NCBI RefSeq assembly: GCF_963976445.1
Contig: NZ_CAXBKP010000008.1
Location: 42,026-106,025, forward strand
DNA length: 64,000 nucleotides
Origin: an uncultured Gimesia sp.
Lineage (GTDB): Bacteria > Planctomycetota > Planctomycetia > Planctomycetales > Planctomycetaceae
Direction: 5' to 3'
Shown: positions 50,904-61,304 of the stretch, one piece after another
Layout of the letters: each line of letters starts with the position of its first letter
Numbering within the stretch: the first letter of the stretch is position 1
Notes under the pieces: model-generated
Database searches by the model: none
Told to the model about the DNA's origin: nothing
The model's input: the letters and a program-made list of their open reading frames with translations, nothing else
Position numbers and translations under genes: made by a program

Positions 50904-53117
50904 ATGTCGTTCGGCCTACAAGATTTTTCGAACCAGGCACTGCGTCTACGAATGCGATTGGATCTGCAGGTCCAGCCGTTGCAGTTCGGCGGCTCGACCT
51001 ATTGGGGCATCAAAGATCCGATCTCGCTGCAATACTATCAACTGCGCGACGAAGAATATTTCATCCTGAAACAGCTGGACGGCTGTGCTTCCTTCGAGGC
51101 GATTCGACGACAATACGAACAACGCTTTCTGCCTCAAAAACTAGATGCATCACATCTGCAGGGATTTTTATCGCGTCTGCATCAGTCGGGACTGATCATC
51201 GCCGATGCGATTGGCCAGGGTGAAATTCTGCTGGAGCGGCAGACAGAAAAACGACGACGGGCACTCCGGTCCCGCTGGATGAACCCGTTGGCGATTCGTT
51301 TTCGCGGCATCGATCCTCACCGTTTTTTAAACTGGCTGCAGCCTTGGGCGGCGCTCTGTTTTACTCCCCTGTTTCTGCTGGCGTCACTCGTACTGATGAT
51401 CGCTGCGACCACTTTAATTTTGACACACGTGGACACAGTGGCCACACAACTGCCCGACTTCACGACCTTTTTTGAAGCAAAGAATCTACTGCTGCTCGGC
51501 TTCAGTCTGGCGCTGGTAAAAATGGTACACGAACTGGGGCATGCGCTCGCCTGCAAACAGTTTGGGGGAGAGTGTCATGAAATGGGTGTCATGCTGCTGG
51601 CGTTCATTCCCTGCCTGTACGTCAATGTCAGTGACGCCTGGACGATGCCCAATAAATGGCATCGGATCATGGTGAGTTCGGCGGGCATCTTTGTCGAACT
51701 GGTCATCTCGTCTGTCTGTGTGTTTCTGTGGTGGTTTTCCTATCCGGGCCTGTTTCACTCCTTGTGTCTGAACATTGTTTTTGTCTGTTCGGTGAGTACC
51801 CTGTTACTGAATGGTAACCCCCTGCTGCGTTATGATGGATACTATATCCTGCTGGACCTGATCGAGGTTCCGAACCTGAGGCAACGCGCACAATCGATCG
51901 TATCCAACCGACTGCATCACTGGTTCTTCGGACACAAGGCCGATATTCTGCTCAAAGAACCGCGACGGCTACGACGATTTCTGTTTGCGTATGGGGTTGC
52001 CTCGATCATCTATCGCTGGTTTATTGTAATCGTAATTCTGAGCGTCTGTTATTATGTGCTGGAACCGTATGGTCTGGAGATCATCGCGCAGGTCATGGGA
52101 GCCTTTGTTCTGATGGGAATGTTACTCGTGCCTTTGAAGTCCGGTCTCAACGAAATTCAGACGTATTCCAAAGCAGGTCAAATTCATTGGCAGCGTTTTC
52201 TGATTCGTACCGCGATTGTCCTGATTCTGCTGGCTGGCGCGATCTTCATTCCCGTGCCTCATCGAATCACCGCCCCCGCACTGATCGAACTCAAAGATGC
52301 CAAGCCCGTGTATGTGACGGCTCCCGGTTTTCTCAAAACGGCAGCGGCGGCTCAAACGGAACTCAAGCCAGGTTCCTTGATTGCCGAACTGCAGAATGAT
52401 CAAATCGAGAAGGACCTTCTCAAGCTGACAGGCTTGATCAATCAGCAGGAAATCCGCATCTCCACACTGAAGAAACGCCAACTGGATGATCCGGAAGCCG
52501 CCCAGGAACTCCCCACTGCGCAAGAGCATCTGGTCGATCTGAAAGAGCAACTCCAGCAACGGCAGACAGATCAGCGGCGGCTCAGTTTGAAAGCCCCCAT
52601 CGCTGGCACCTTGATTCCCGCGCCCCCCAAACCGGCTTCGCAAGAAAAGGGCTCACTTTCCAGCTGGTCGGGCTCGCCGCTGGATCTGGAAAATCGGAAC
52701 TGTTTTCTGGAGCGGGGAACCTGGCTCTGCTCGGTCGGCGATCCCAATCAGCTTCAGGCGCGCCTGATTGTCGATCAGGAAAATGTCGAGTTTATCGCTC
52801 CTGGTCAGTCCGTGCGCATTCTGCTGGATGAATATCCGGGGAGCATTTTTAAGGGCACCATTCAGGAAATTGCAGAAATCGACATTGAAGACTTACATCC
52901 GAATCTGATTCATCGCGAAGAAATCACCACGGAACTCGATCCCGCGGGCAAACGACAATTGAGCAATACCTCGTATCTGGCTCGAGTCACCCTGGAGGCT
53001 CCTGCCGAACAACCGTTGATTCACTCGTCGGGGCAGGCAAAAATCGCAGTCGCGCCGGAATCGCTGGGGAAAAAAACGTATCGGCAGCTCAGAAAAACCA
53101 TTCGCCTGTTCCAATAA
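50904..53117 (+). CDS. M50 (site-2) metalloprotease-HlyD fusion with N-terminal PqqD-like domain
   Basis: HELGH, NGNPLLRYDGYY, N-terminal IKDP....YYQL...EY.IL..LDG, and a C-terminal MFP region (L.APIAG, V.PGQ.V). Confidence 0.85.
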   Translation: MSFGLQDFSNQALRLRMRLDLQVQPLQFGGSTYWGIKDPISLQYYQLRDEEYFILKQLDGCASFEAIRRQYEQRFLPQKLDASHLQGFLSRLHQSGLIIADAIGQGEILLERQTEKRRRALRSRWMNPLAIRFRGIDPHRFLNWLQPWAALCFTPLFLLASLVLMIAATTLILTHVDTVATQLPDFTTFFEAKNLLLLGFSLALVKMVHELGHALACKQFGGECHEMGVMLLAFIPCLYVNVSDAWTMPNKWHRIMVSSAGIFVELVISSVCVFLWWFSYPGLFHSLCLNIVFVCSVSTLLLNGNPLLRYDGYYILLDLIEVPNLRQRAQSIVSNRLHHWFFGHKADILLKEPRRLRRFLFAYGVASIIYRWFIVIVILSVCYYVLEPYGLEIIAQVMGAFVLMGMLLVPLKSGLNEIQTYSKAGQIHWQRFLIRTAIVLILLAGAIFIPVPHRITAPALIELKDAKPVYVTAPGFLKTAAAAQTELKPGSLIAELQNDQIEKDLLKLTGLINQQEIRISTLKKRQLDDPEAAQELPTAQEHLVDLKEQLQQRQTDQRRLSLKAPIAGTLIPAPPKPASQEKGSLSSWSGSPLDLENRNCFLERGTWLCSVGDPNQLQARLIVDQENVEFIAPGQSVRILLDEYPGSIFKGTIQEIAEIDIEDLHPNLIHREEITTELDPAGKRQLSNTSYLARVTLEAPAEQPLIHSSGQAKIAVAPESLGKKTYRQLRKTIRLFQ

Positions 53118-53287
53118 CACCTCAACCCATACTTTGCAGACTTCTTATTTTAATATTAATGTTGGGTGCAAGATCGACATTTCCAGATTGGTGCTGAATT
53201 GCTAGAATTCTCCGATTCACTGTAAATCACGAATATTTCATTATAAAACTCGATCTAAACTGAGTCCGGCGGCATGGAGGCTTCCCG

Positions 53288-54250
53288 ATGACCGATTCAC
53301 AAAACAACCCCCTTCCCTCTTTGAAGATTGTCGTTCTGTCTGGTGGGGAATCGGCTGAACGCGAAATTAGTCTGCAGAGTGGCGAGGCAGTGTCACACGT
53401 GTTGTCGTCACGCGGGCATCAGGTCAAAACCGTCGATCCGTCTCTGATCGATCTCGACACTTACGACTGGGGCGACTGTGATGTTGTCTTTATCGCACTA
53501 CACGGAACCTATGGAGAAGACGGCACGATTCAAACCACATTGGATCGGCTGGGAATTCCCTATTCCGGTTGTGACGCGGCGACTTCCAAACTGGCTTTCA
53601 GTAAGTCGGCTTCGAAAGAGCGGTTTATTCAACACAATGTGAACACTCCTTCGTATGTTCTGATTCACGAATCGGATAATGCCAAGCGCATCGCACAGCA
53701 TGCCCGCAGTATGGGTTATCCCCTCGTCGTGAAGCCCGACGCACAAGGCTCCAGTCTAGGCGTCTCGATTGTACAAACTCCCGAAGAACTGCCGCAGGCA
53801 CTGGCACGATGTTTCCACTATGACTCGTTCGGCATTCTTGAATCTGCCATCAAAGGGACCGAATGGACGGTCAGCGTCGTTGACGGTCAGGTCTTGCCAT
53901 TGATCCAGATTCAGACACCACACGACTTCTTTGACTATGAAGCCAAGTATCACGAAGATTCGACGCAATACCTGTTTGAATTCGACCTGCCCACGAACGT
54001 GATTCAATCCATCATCAAAACGGGCGTCAATGCCTGTGAAGCGTTGGGTACGACGGGCATTGTCCGTGTTGACCTCCTGCTGGACCGTTTTCAACAACCC
54101 TGGGTTCTGGAAGTGAATACGATCCCCGGATTCACCGATCACAGCCTGGTCCCGAAAGCAGCCGCGCAAGCGGGCATCGATTTTGGCGAACTGTGCGAAC
54201 GTGCTCTCGCCGAATGCCTGACGCAGGCTGCCCACAAGCCGCACAATTGA
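53288..54250 (+). CDS. ddl: D-alanine--D-alanine ligase
   Basis: GG.SAEREISL.SG, LHG..GEDG..Q, KP...GSS.G, DYEAKY and EVNTIPGFT.HSL.P. Confidence 0.96.
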   Translation: MTDSQNNPLPSLKIVVLSGGESAEREISLQSGEAVSHVLSSRGHQVKTVDPSLIDLDTYDWGDCDVVFIALHGTYGEDGTIQTTLDRLGIPYSGCDAATSKLAFSKSASKERFIQHNVNTPSYVLIHESDNAKRIAQHARSMGYPLVVKPDAQGSSLGVSIVQTPEELPQALARCFHYDSFGILESAIKGTEWTVSVVDGQVLPLIQIQTPHDFFDYEAKYHEDSTQYLFEFDLPTNVIQSIIKTGVNACEALGTTGIVRVDLLLDRFQQPWVLEVNTIPGFTDHSLVPKAAAQAGIDFGELCERALAECLTQAAHKPHN

Positions 54251-54468
54251 TACAGCCTCACTAAGTGGCTCGTTTCGACGAGGAATCGCGACTTTTCTGC
54301 GGAGCGCCACAACTCGAGTGGTCTGAGATTGCGATAACCATACTAGAGGAGCGGTGCGCTCGCCCCCGGTTGCGCGCTCTGTGTTGACACTGCTGCGAAC
54401 AAGTTCGCGTGCAGTGTCCGGGAAGAAATTCATTTCTGATCAGAAGTTAACACCATCAACAAGAGCGT

Positions 54469-55449
54469 ATGAGTCCTAAAAAACCAAGAAAAAAACGGCC
54501 TGTGAAACCAAAGGTCGAAGAGATTGAGGAAGAAGAGGAAGAGCTCGAAGAAGAAGCTTTTGCGCTGAGCCCCGCTAGTCTGCTGCATGCCCTGTTCCGC
54601 CCCAAGGTTTTACTGGCGCTGGCGGGTATCGCTTCGGGACTGTTTTTCTACCAGAAACTCGAACAGCACATTCCCGATTTATCGCAGCGTGAAGAATATC
54701 AGATTGCCACCAAAGATCTTGCATTGATTCCTGCGCCACCCCATTATGTTCCGATTGACATTGTCGATCAGGTCATCAAACGGGGCCCGCTGCCCGAGCA
54801 GGTCTCGCTGCTGGACCAGGGACTCGTCCTGAAAGTCGCCGAAGCATTTGAGAAACACCCCTGGGTGCAGAATGTCGTTTCGGTACGCAAGACGAATACG
54901 GTAGTAGTGGAAGTCGTGTTCCGCAAGCCGGCGGCGATGGTCGAAGGCAAGCAGGGAATGTTTCCGGTGGACAATGAAGGTGTTCTGCTGCCGCCCGAAG
55001 ATTTTTCGGTTTCCGATGCCCGACGTTACCCGGTCATTACAGGAATTCAATCGGTGCCTGAGGGCCCTGCGGGAACGTTCTGGGGTGATCTGACAGTGAC
55101 GGGAGCCGCACAACTGGCAGAAGCACTCGGCCCGCACTGGAAAGAACTCGAAATTGTTTCCATCGAAGCGCCGCCGCGCACGACAGCCGTGCTTTCTCTG
55201 GATGATTTGATTTACCGTTTGATTACCACCGGCGGTTCGGAAATCGTCTGGGGCCGTTCGCCGAAGAGTCAACGGCGCGGCGAGTTACGCGTCGATCAGA
55301 AAATCGGCAAGCTGGAAAAATATTACCGCGACTACGGCGGCTTTGATCGTCCGCATGGCCCGTATGAAATCGACATCCGCCACTGGCAGGAAATTTCCCG
55401 CCGCCCGCTCCGCCAGCAAAGTAACCAACGCACGCTGATGCGTCGCTGA
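54469..55449 (+). CDS. ftsQ: FtsQ/DivIB-like protein
   Basis: Single TM helix, POTRA-like region (F..HPWV..V..V.K), P.A.V.....VD.EG.LL and IDIR; follows ddl as in dcw clusters. Confidence 0.6.
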   Translation: MSPKKPRKKRPVKPKVEEIEEEEEELEEEAFALSPASLLHALFRPKVLLALAGIASGLFFYQKLEQHIPDLSQREEYQIATKDLALIPAPPHYVPIDIVDQVIKRGPLPEQVSLLDQGLVLKVAEAFEKHPWVQNVVSVRKTNTVVVEVVFRKPAAMVEGKQGMFPVDNEGVLLPPEDFSVSDARRYPVITGIQSVPEGPAGTFWGDLTVTGAAQLAEALGPHWKELEIVSIEAPPRTTAVLSLDDLIYRLITTGGSEIVWGRSPKSQRRGELRVDQKIGKLEKYYRDYGGFDRPHGPYEIDIRHWQEISRRPLRQQSNQRTLMRR

Positions 55450-55634
55450 AGTTACCGATCAACTCCCGAGTTTGGCTGCCCCTATTTCAGGACGCCTGAA
55501 AATATATTCAATCTGCTGGCAATCTCCTGTTATTATGATGAAATCCTGAGTCGATGCAGGTAGATTGATCGTCAAGAACAACAGGTTTCCTGTTTCACGA
55601 CTTTGTATCAATCAGACCTGACAGGAGTATTGAT

Positions 55635-56366
55635 ATGCATTGGGAAGACACAGTCCAAGACTATCGCGAACAAGGTTTTGTGCATGTCCCCGCATTCTAT
55701 TCGGCAGAGCAACTCGCTCAAATTAAGGCGGCCATTGAGCACTATAATCAGGCCGTTGTTCCCACCGTTCCCGAGAGTGATGTCGTCTTTGAAGCCGACG
55801 GCCAGGCGATTCGTAACTGTTGGCGGATGCACACTCACGATCCTTTCTTTGCACAACTCCCCGCGGAAGAACGGCTGCAAACATTGATCGCCGCGCTGGT
55901 GAAGGGGACGCCGCTCTGTAAGGGAGTGGAAACCTTCAACAAGCCGGCGCGAGTGGGCTCGGGCGTTCCCCCGCATCAGGACAACGCGTATTTCTGCCAG
56001 GAACCGCCGGATGTGCTCACCGTCTGGGTCGCGATGGATGATGTCACGCCGGAAAATGGACCGGTGCAATATCTGGCTGGGTCTCATCTGGATGGTCTGC
56101 GGGAGCACACGCCCTCTGGTGTCAAAGGAAATTCGTTCGGGCTGACAGAATCGGTGGATGAAGCGAGCGCCTCAGTCGCCCTGTTAACGAAAGGGGACAT
56201 TCTGATTCATCACTGTCAGACGATTCATTTCAGCGCCCCGAATGTGAGCGACCAGCCGCGGCTCGGATTGCTGATGGTCTTTCGTGGCGACCACACACAG
56301 GACTCTCCCGAGATGAAAGACGCTTATCACCGGGCGCGGGCTTTGCTGGAATCGAGTCAGAGTTGA
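55635..56366 (+). CDS. Phytanoyl-CoA dioxygenase family Fe(II)/2OG enzyme
   Basis: PPHQD (HxD), VWVAMDD...ENG....GSH, distal H and R. Confidence 0.88.
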   Translation: MHWEDTVQDYREQGFVHVPAFYSAEQLAQIKAAIEHYNQAVVPTVPESDVVFEADGQAIRNCWRMHTHDPFFAQLPAEERLQTLIAALVKGTPLCKGVETFNKPARVGSGVPPHQDNAYFCQEPPDVLTVWVAMDDVTPENGPVQYLAGSHLDGLREHTPSGVKGNSFGLTESVDEASASVALLTKGDILIHHCQTIHFSAPNVSDQPRLGLLMVFRGDHTQDSPEMKDAYHRARALLESSQS

Positions 56367-56737
56367 GCCGCGATGCTTGCTTGACCTGACAGACTCTGTT
56401 TATATCAAGTGTTCACATTTCTGTGCGAAAACAGACCAATTCGGGAAACAGAATTACTTTCCCGTGATTTAAACCAGCTTGAGTACCCCGTTCTGCTTGA
56501 TTTTCCCTCTTTTGACACTTACATACGTTGAATCAACGGGCCTTTCGGGTTCTGATAGGAAGCAATTGTCCGTTTATTGACTTCAAAAAAATAGTGTCCT
56601 AAAATCGCTAACTTAGCATTGTTTAATAATTCAACGGAAAGAACAGGGAGAGAATCGATTCTGCGTGGCTGAGAGATCAGGTCGTAGATCACCATTTTTC
56701 GGTTCTTATTTCGCTCGCCAAATAAAACTAAAGGGGA

Positions 56738-58702
56738 ATGACAACGATGAGTGACCAGGCTAACGAAAACATTGAAAGTGTTCTTCATGAAACTCGCTCA
56801 TTTCCGCCACCAGCCGAGTTTGCCGAACAAGCCAACATTTCCAGCATGGAAGAGTATCAGGAGCTGTGGAACCGTGCAAAGGAAGATCCCGTTGGCTTCT
56901 GGGACGACCTGGCACAGGGACTGGAATGGTCTCAGCCTTACGAAAACGTTCTCGAAGGAGAAATGCCCGAGACCAAATGGTTCACGGGTGGCAAGATCAA
57001 TGCGTCGGTGAACTGCATCGACCGTCACCTGGATAGCTGGCGCAAAAACAAAGCCGCCATCGTCTGGGAAGGCGAGCCCGGCGACTCACGCGTGCTGCGT
57101 TATCAGGACCTGTACCGTGAAGTCTGTAAGTTTGCGAACTGCCTGAAAAAACTGGGCATCGAGACTGGTGACCGTGTGACACTTTATATGCCGATGGTGC
57201 CGGAACTGGCTATCGCCATGCTTGCCTGCTCGCGCATTGGAGCGACGCACTCGATCATCTTCGGGGGATTCAGTGCCGATGCAATCGCCGACCGTAACAA
57301 CGATGCCCAGGCCAAACTGGTCATTACCGCTGATGGAGGCTGGCGACGTGGAAAGAATATTCCGCTGAAGGAAGCCGTTGACAACAGCATGGAAAAATCA
57401 CCCAGCGTCGAGAAAGTCGTCGTCTACCGTCGCACCGGTTGTAAAGTCGACATGGTGCCCGACCGCGATTACTGGTGGCACGATCTGATGGATGGTGCTT
57501 CCGCGGAATGTGATCCTGTCGAACTCGACAGCGAACACCCGCTATTCATTCTTTATACTTCGGGAAGTACCGGCAAGCCCAAGGGCGTACAACACTCAAC
57601 CGGCGGTTATCTGCTGGGCACAATGATGACGTCCCAGTGGGTCTTCGATCTAAAAGAAGATGATACCTACTGGTGTACCGCCGACATCGGCTGGATTACC
57701 GGACACAGTTACATCGTTTACGGCCCTCTCGCCAACGGTGCAACCACCGTGATGTATGAAGGCGCCCCCAACTGGCCCGATGAAGGACGCTTCTGGGAAA
57801 TCATCGAAAAATATCAGGTCAATATTTTCTACACCGCACCAACGGCGATTCGCGCGTTTATCAAATGGGGCGATGAATGGCCGAACAAATACGATCTCTC
57901 CAGCCTGCGTCTGCTGGGAACCGTGGGTGAGCCGATCAATCCTGAATCTTGGATGTGGTATCACACGGTCATTGGACAGGAACGCTGCCCGATTGTCGAT
58001 ACGTGGTGGCAGACAGAAACCGGCGGCATCATGATGAGCCCACTGCCCGGCGTGACCGCAACCAAACCCGGCAGTTGTACAACTCCCCTGCCCGGCGTGG
58101 TGCCTGATATCGTGAGTGCCGATGGCGAAAGCCTGGACGACAATCAGGGCGGCTTGCTCGTAGTACGGCAACCGTGGCCTCATATGCTGCGAACCTTGTA
58201 CGGCGATCACGATCGATTCAAAGAAGTTTACTTCAGTACGATTGCAGGTTGCTATCTGGCTGGTGACAGTGCCCGCCGCGATGAAGATGGTTACTACTGG
58301 ATCATGGGCCGCATCGATGATGTGATCAATGTATCCGGCCATCGTCTGAGTACCATGGAAGTGGAAAGTGCGCTGGTTTCTCATCCGAAAGTGGCGGAAG
58401 CCGCTGTGGTGGGTTACCCGCACGAAATGAAGGGGGAAGGCATTTGCTGCTTTGTGACTTTGACTACCGATGACGGTCCCGAAGAACTCAAGCAGGAACT
58501 AAAACAACACGTGCGAACCCAGATTGGTGTCGTCGCGACTCCCGATCAGATTCGCTTTGCCGCCGCCCTGCCAAAAACGCGTAGCGGTAAAATTATGCGA
58601 CGTCTGTTAAGAGACATCGCTGCTGGCCGCGAAAGTGTGGGCGACACAACGACTCTCGAAGACTTGAACGTACTCGCGAGTCTGAAACAGAGTGATGAGT
58701 AA
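56738..58702 (+). CDS. acs: Acetyl-CoA synthetase
   Basis: [42 protein letters not shown] and [12 protein letters not shown]. Confidence 0.97.
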   Translation: MTTMSDQANENIESVLHETRSFPPPAEFAEQANISSMEEYQELWNRAKEDPVGFWDDLAQGLEWSQPYENVLEGEMPETKWFTGGKINASVNCIDRHLDSWRKNKAAIVWEGEPGDSRVLRYQDLYREVCKFANCLKKLGIETGDRVTLYMPMVPELAIAMLACSRIGATHSIIFGGFSADAIADRNNDAQAKLVITADGGWRRGKNIPLKEAVDNSMEKSPSVEKVVVYRRTGCKVDMVPDRDYWWHDLMDGASAECDPVELDSEHPLFILYTSGSTGKPKGVQHSTGGYLLGTMMTSQWVFDLKEDDTYWCTADIGWITGHSYIVYGPLANGATTVMYEGAPNWPDEGRFWEIIEKYQVNIFYTAPTAIRAFIKWGDEWPNKYDLSSLRLLGTVGEPINPESWMWYHTVIGQERCPIVDTWWQTETGGIMMSPLPGVTATKPGSCTTPLPGVVPDIVSADGESLDDNQGGLLVVRQPWPHMLRTLYGDHDRFKEVYFSTIAGCYLAGDSARRDEDGYYWIMGRIDDVINVSGHRLSTMEVESALVSHPKVAEAAVVGYPHEMKGEGICCFVTLTTDDGPEELKQELKQHVRTQIGVVATPDQIRFAAALPKTRSGKIMRRLLRDIAAGRESVGDTTTLEDLNVLASLKQSDE

Positions 58703-58819
58703 CTCGTTTCAGAAGTGTTACAATGAAATGTAGTGCGTGAGCACAAACAGCAATTTCGCAGGATGGCCGTTTGCTGGCCATCCTGCTGTTCTTTATCACA
58801 AGTCGATTAAGGTGCGCTG

Positions 58820-59602
58820 ATGTCCGATGACCAACTCTCTGAACTGTTTGAGCAGGTACGAGAAGGGGCGCTTTCCGTGGAACAGGCGATGACACAGTTC
58901 CAGGTTCAAGAGCATCATAAATCGGCCATTCTGCCTTCAGCCAATATCGATCTGGATCGCAGTTCGCGCTGCGGTTACCCCGAAGTCATTTACTGCGAAG
59001 GTAAGACGCCGACCACGATTGTCGAGATCTTTACACTGTTACTGGAATCGAAACAGCGTTGTCTGGGGACGCGTATTTCGGAAGAACAGGCGGAAACGGT
59101 CCTCAAACAATTTCCGCAGGCCATTTACAATCAAACAGCGCGGACGATTCGTATTCCGAAACAAGATGCGGCCTCTGATGAAGAACTCATCGCCGGCGAA
59201 ATCGCCGTTCTGACCGCGGGCACCAGTGATCAACCTGTGGCGGAAGAGGCCATTGAAACCTTGATCTGGATGGGTTATCAACCCGACTTCATCCTGGATG
59301 TCGGCGTCGCGGGCCCGCATCGTCTGCAGGAACAACTGCCGCGTATTCAGAATGTATCCGCGATTGTTGTCGCCGCCGGCATGGAAGGGGCGCTCCCTTC
59401 GGTCGTCGGAGGCTGGGTCTCTTGCCCCGTGATTGCAGTTCCTACCAGCGTCGGTTACGGCGCGAGTCTGGGCGGCATCGCGGCACTGTTAGGCATGTTA
59501 AACTCTTGTGCCGCCAATGTAACCGTGGTTAATATTAATGCAGGCTTCAAAGCGGGCTTCATCGCCGGCTTGATCGCCGACCAGAAACGCTCGACTTCCT
59601 GA
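58820..59602 (+). CDS. larB: Nickel pincer cofactor biosynthesis protein LarB
   Basis: D.DR..R.G.PEVIY..GKT, AGTSD.PVAEEA, DVGVAG.HRL, AGMEGALPSVVGG, PTSVGYG and NSCA. Confidence 0.9.
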   Translation: MSDDQLSELFEQVREGALSVEQAMTQFQVQEHHKSAILPSANIDLDRSSRCGYPEVIYCEGKTPTTIVEIFTLLLESKQRCLGTRISEEQAETVLKQFPQAIYNQTARTIRIPKQDAASDEELIAGEIAVLTAGTSDQPVAEEAIETLIWMGYQPDFILDVGVAGPHRLQEQLPRIQNVSAIVVAAGMEGALPSVVGGWVSCPVIAVPTSVGYGASLGGIAALLGMLNSCAANVTVVNINAGFKAGFIAGLIADQKRSTS

Positions 59603-59636
59603 GACTTTGACCTACCGACGAATAGAGAGCCCTGCC

Positions 59637-61139
59637 ATGAAAAAATCCTCCCTGCGTTTTGTGCTCTGTCTTTTGCTACTGAATTTCTTCGCCGTCTGTT
59701 CTGTTTCTTATTCAGTTCAAGCTGCTGAAGAAAAACCAGCCTTACAACCAATCGTACGGGTTGTTGATTTAGATGTCGGCGAATCCACCACAGTCACGCT
59801 CAGTAATGGCGCACAGGTCAATGTCAAACTGCTGGACTTGAAAGAGACCCGCGATCCGGTTCGCAACGCGGTACGCAGTGCGATTGTCACCGTGGATGTA
59901 GACGGAAAAACAATTGCACTCGAATCGGGCATGTATAATCTGCCACAAATAATTGGTCGCGTGCAGATCGATTGCTCCATTACCGGCGGTTACAACTCGA
60001 ACGGCACGCCGGCGTTCTGGGGACTCGACAAAGACGCTCGTCTCCGTTTCTGGCCCGCCGGTTCGCCGCTGATCAAACCCGGTTCGTTTATCTATCCCGT
60101 CGATCAACGCTGGTTCGCGACTCGCACCTGGTATGACAATGAACCGGTCGACGGTGGCACGAAAATTCTTCCGAAAATTTATTATCACAGTGGCCTCGAT
60201 ATCGGCGGTGCAGAGAAACTGACAAAGGTCATCGCCGCCACCGATGCGATTGTGGTTTCTTCGGGCAATGATGTGCTGGACGGACACAAGAAGGATACGC
60301 CGGTCGCGCAGCGATATGACGTGGTCTATCTGCTGGATGCGCGAGGCTGGTATTACCGTTATAGCCACCTGCACGAAATCAACGATCACATTCGCCCCGG
60401 ACGTTTAATCAAGCAGGGAGAAGAGATCGGCGTGCTTGGCAAGAAAGGCGCCAGTGGTGGCTGGTCGCATCTGCATTTTGAAATCAAGAGCCGCCAACCT
60501 TCGGGAAAATGGGGCACGCAAGCCGGGTACCCCTTTCTGTGGGAAGCGTACCGCACTCAATATCATCCCCCGCTGATCGCCAACAGCCGCCGCAAACATT
60601 TTCTCAAAGCCGGTGATTCCACGGTTCTGAAAGGAACACAATCTTACAGTATCGACAACAGCATCCAGAGCTATGAATGGACCTTTACCGATGGCACAAC
60701 CGCGACCGGACCGGAAGTGAATCGCACCTACAATCAGCCGGGTACTTATAGTGAAATTCTGAAAGTCACCGACAAAGCGGGCAACGTCGATTACGATTTC
60801 GCTGAAGTGCATGTGCTCGATCCAAAGAACATGGAACTGTATGTGCCGCGGATTCATGCCTCTTACTGGCCTTCGCTTAAAAACAGAGTCGGCGAACCGA
60901 TCACGTTCAAAGTCCGTACGTTTGGCAACACCAGCGGCAACGAGATCTGGGACTTCGGTGATGGCAGCCCGACCGTCCGTGTGAAATCAGACGGTAATGT
61001 GAAACCGTTGAATGAAGATGGTTACGCGATCACCCAGCACACGTTTCAGAAACCGGGCGATTATCTGGTGAAAGTGGAACGCAGCCGCGAAGATGGCGTG
61101 CCAGCAACCACACGGTTGCATGTGCGGGTCGAACCGTAA
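59637..61139 (+). CDS. Secreted M23 peptidase with two PKD domains
   Basis: HSGLD, YSHL, HLHFE; PKD motifs SYEWTF.DG and WDFGDGS. Confidence 0.8.
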   Translation: MKKSSLRFVLCLLLLNFFAVCSVSYSVQAAEEKPALQPIVRVVDLDVGESTTVTLSNGAQVNVKLLDLKETRDPVRNAVRSAIVTVDVDGKTIALESGMYNLPQIIGRVQIDCSITGGYNSNGTPAFWGLDKDARLRFWPAGSPLIKPGSFIYPVDQRWFATRTWYDNEPVDGGTKILPKIYYHSGLDIGGAEKLTKVIAATDAIVVSSGNDVLDGHKKDTPVAQRYDVVYLLDARGWYYRYSHLHEINDHIRPGRLIKQGEEIGVLGKKGASGGWSHLHFEIKSRQPSGKWGTQAGYPFLWEAYRTQYHPPLIANSRRKHFLKAGDSTVLKGTQSYSIDNSIQSYEWTFTDGTTATGPEVNRTYNQPGTYSEILKVTDKAGNVDYDFAEVHVLDPKNMELYVPRIHASYWPSLKNRVGEPITFKVRTFGNTSGNEIWDFGDGSPTVRVKSDGNVKPLNEDGYAITQHTFQKPGDYLVKVERSREDGVPATTRLHVRVEP

Positions 61140-61304
61140 TAGCAAAGCGCGCGAAACCGGTTCACATTTCGCGATTTATAACGGATGTACTGGCGAATTC
61201 TCTGCTGGCATTTGGTCAGCGGCGGTTTTACAATGGTTTCTTTACCACGTACATTCTACGAAATCTGAATCTCGCTTGTTCTCCCTGCCCGGAATTTGCC
61301 TTCC

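Noticed and set aside
53756-54433. 225-aa antisense ORF over ddl, and other long antisense ORFs within katG, DUF1501, phnW and acs
   Set aside because: They are antisense shadows of well-supported genes, expected from codon bias.
55635-56366. PhyH dioxygenase as the missing PhnY* partner of the PhnZ-like enzyme
   Set aside because: It lies ~25 kb away and shows only generic PhyH motifs; the family is large in planctomycetes.
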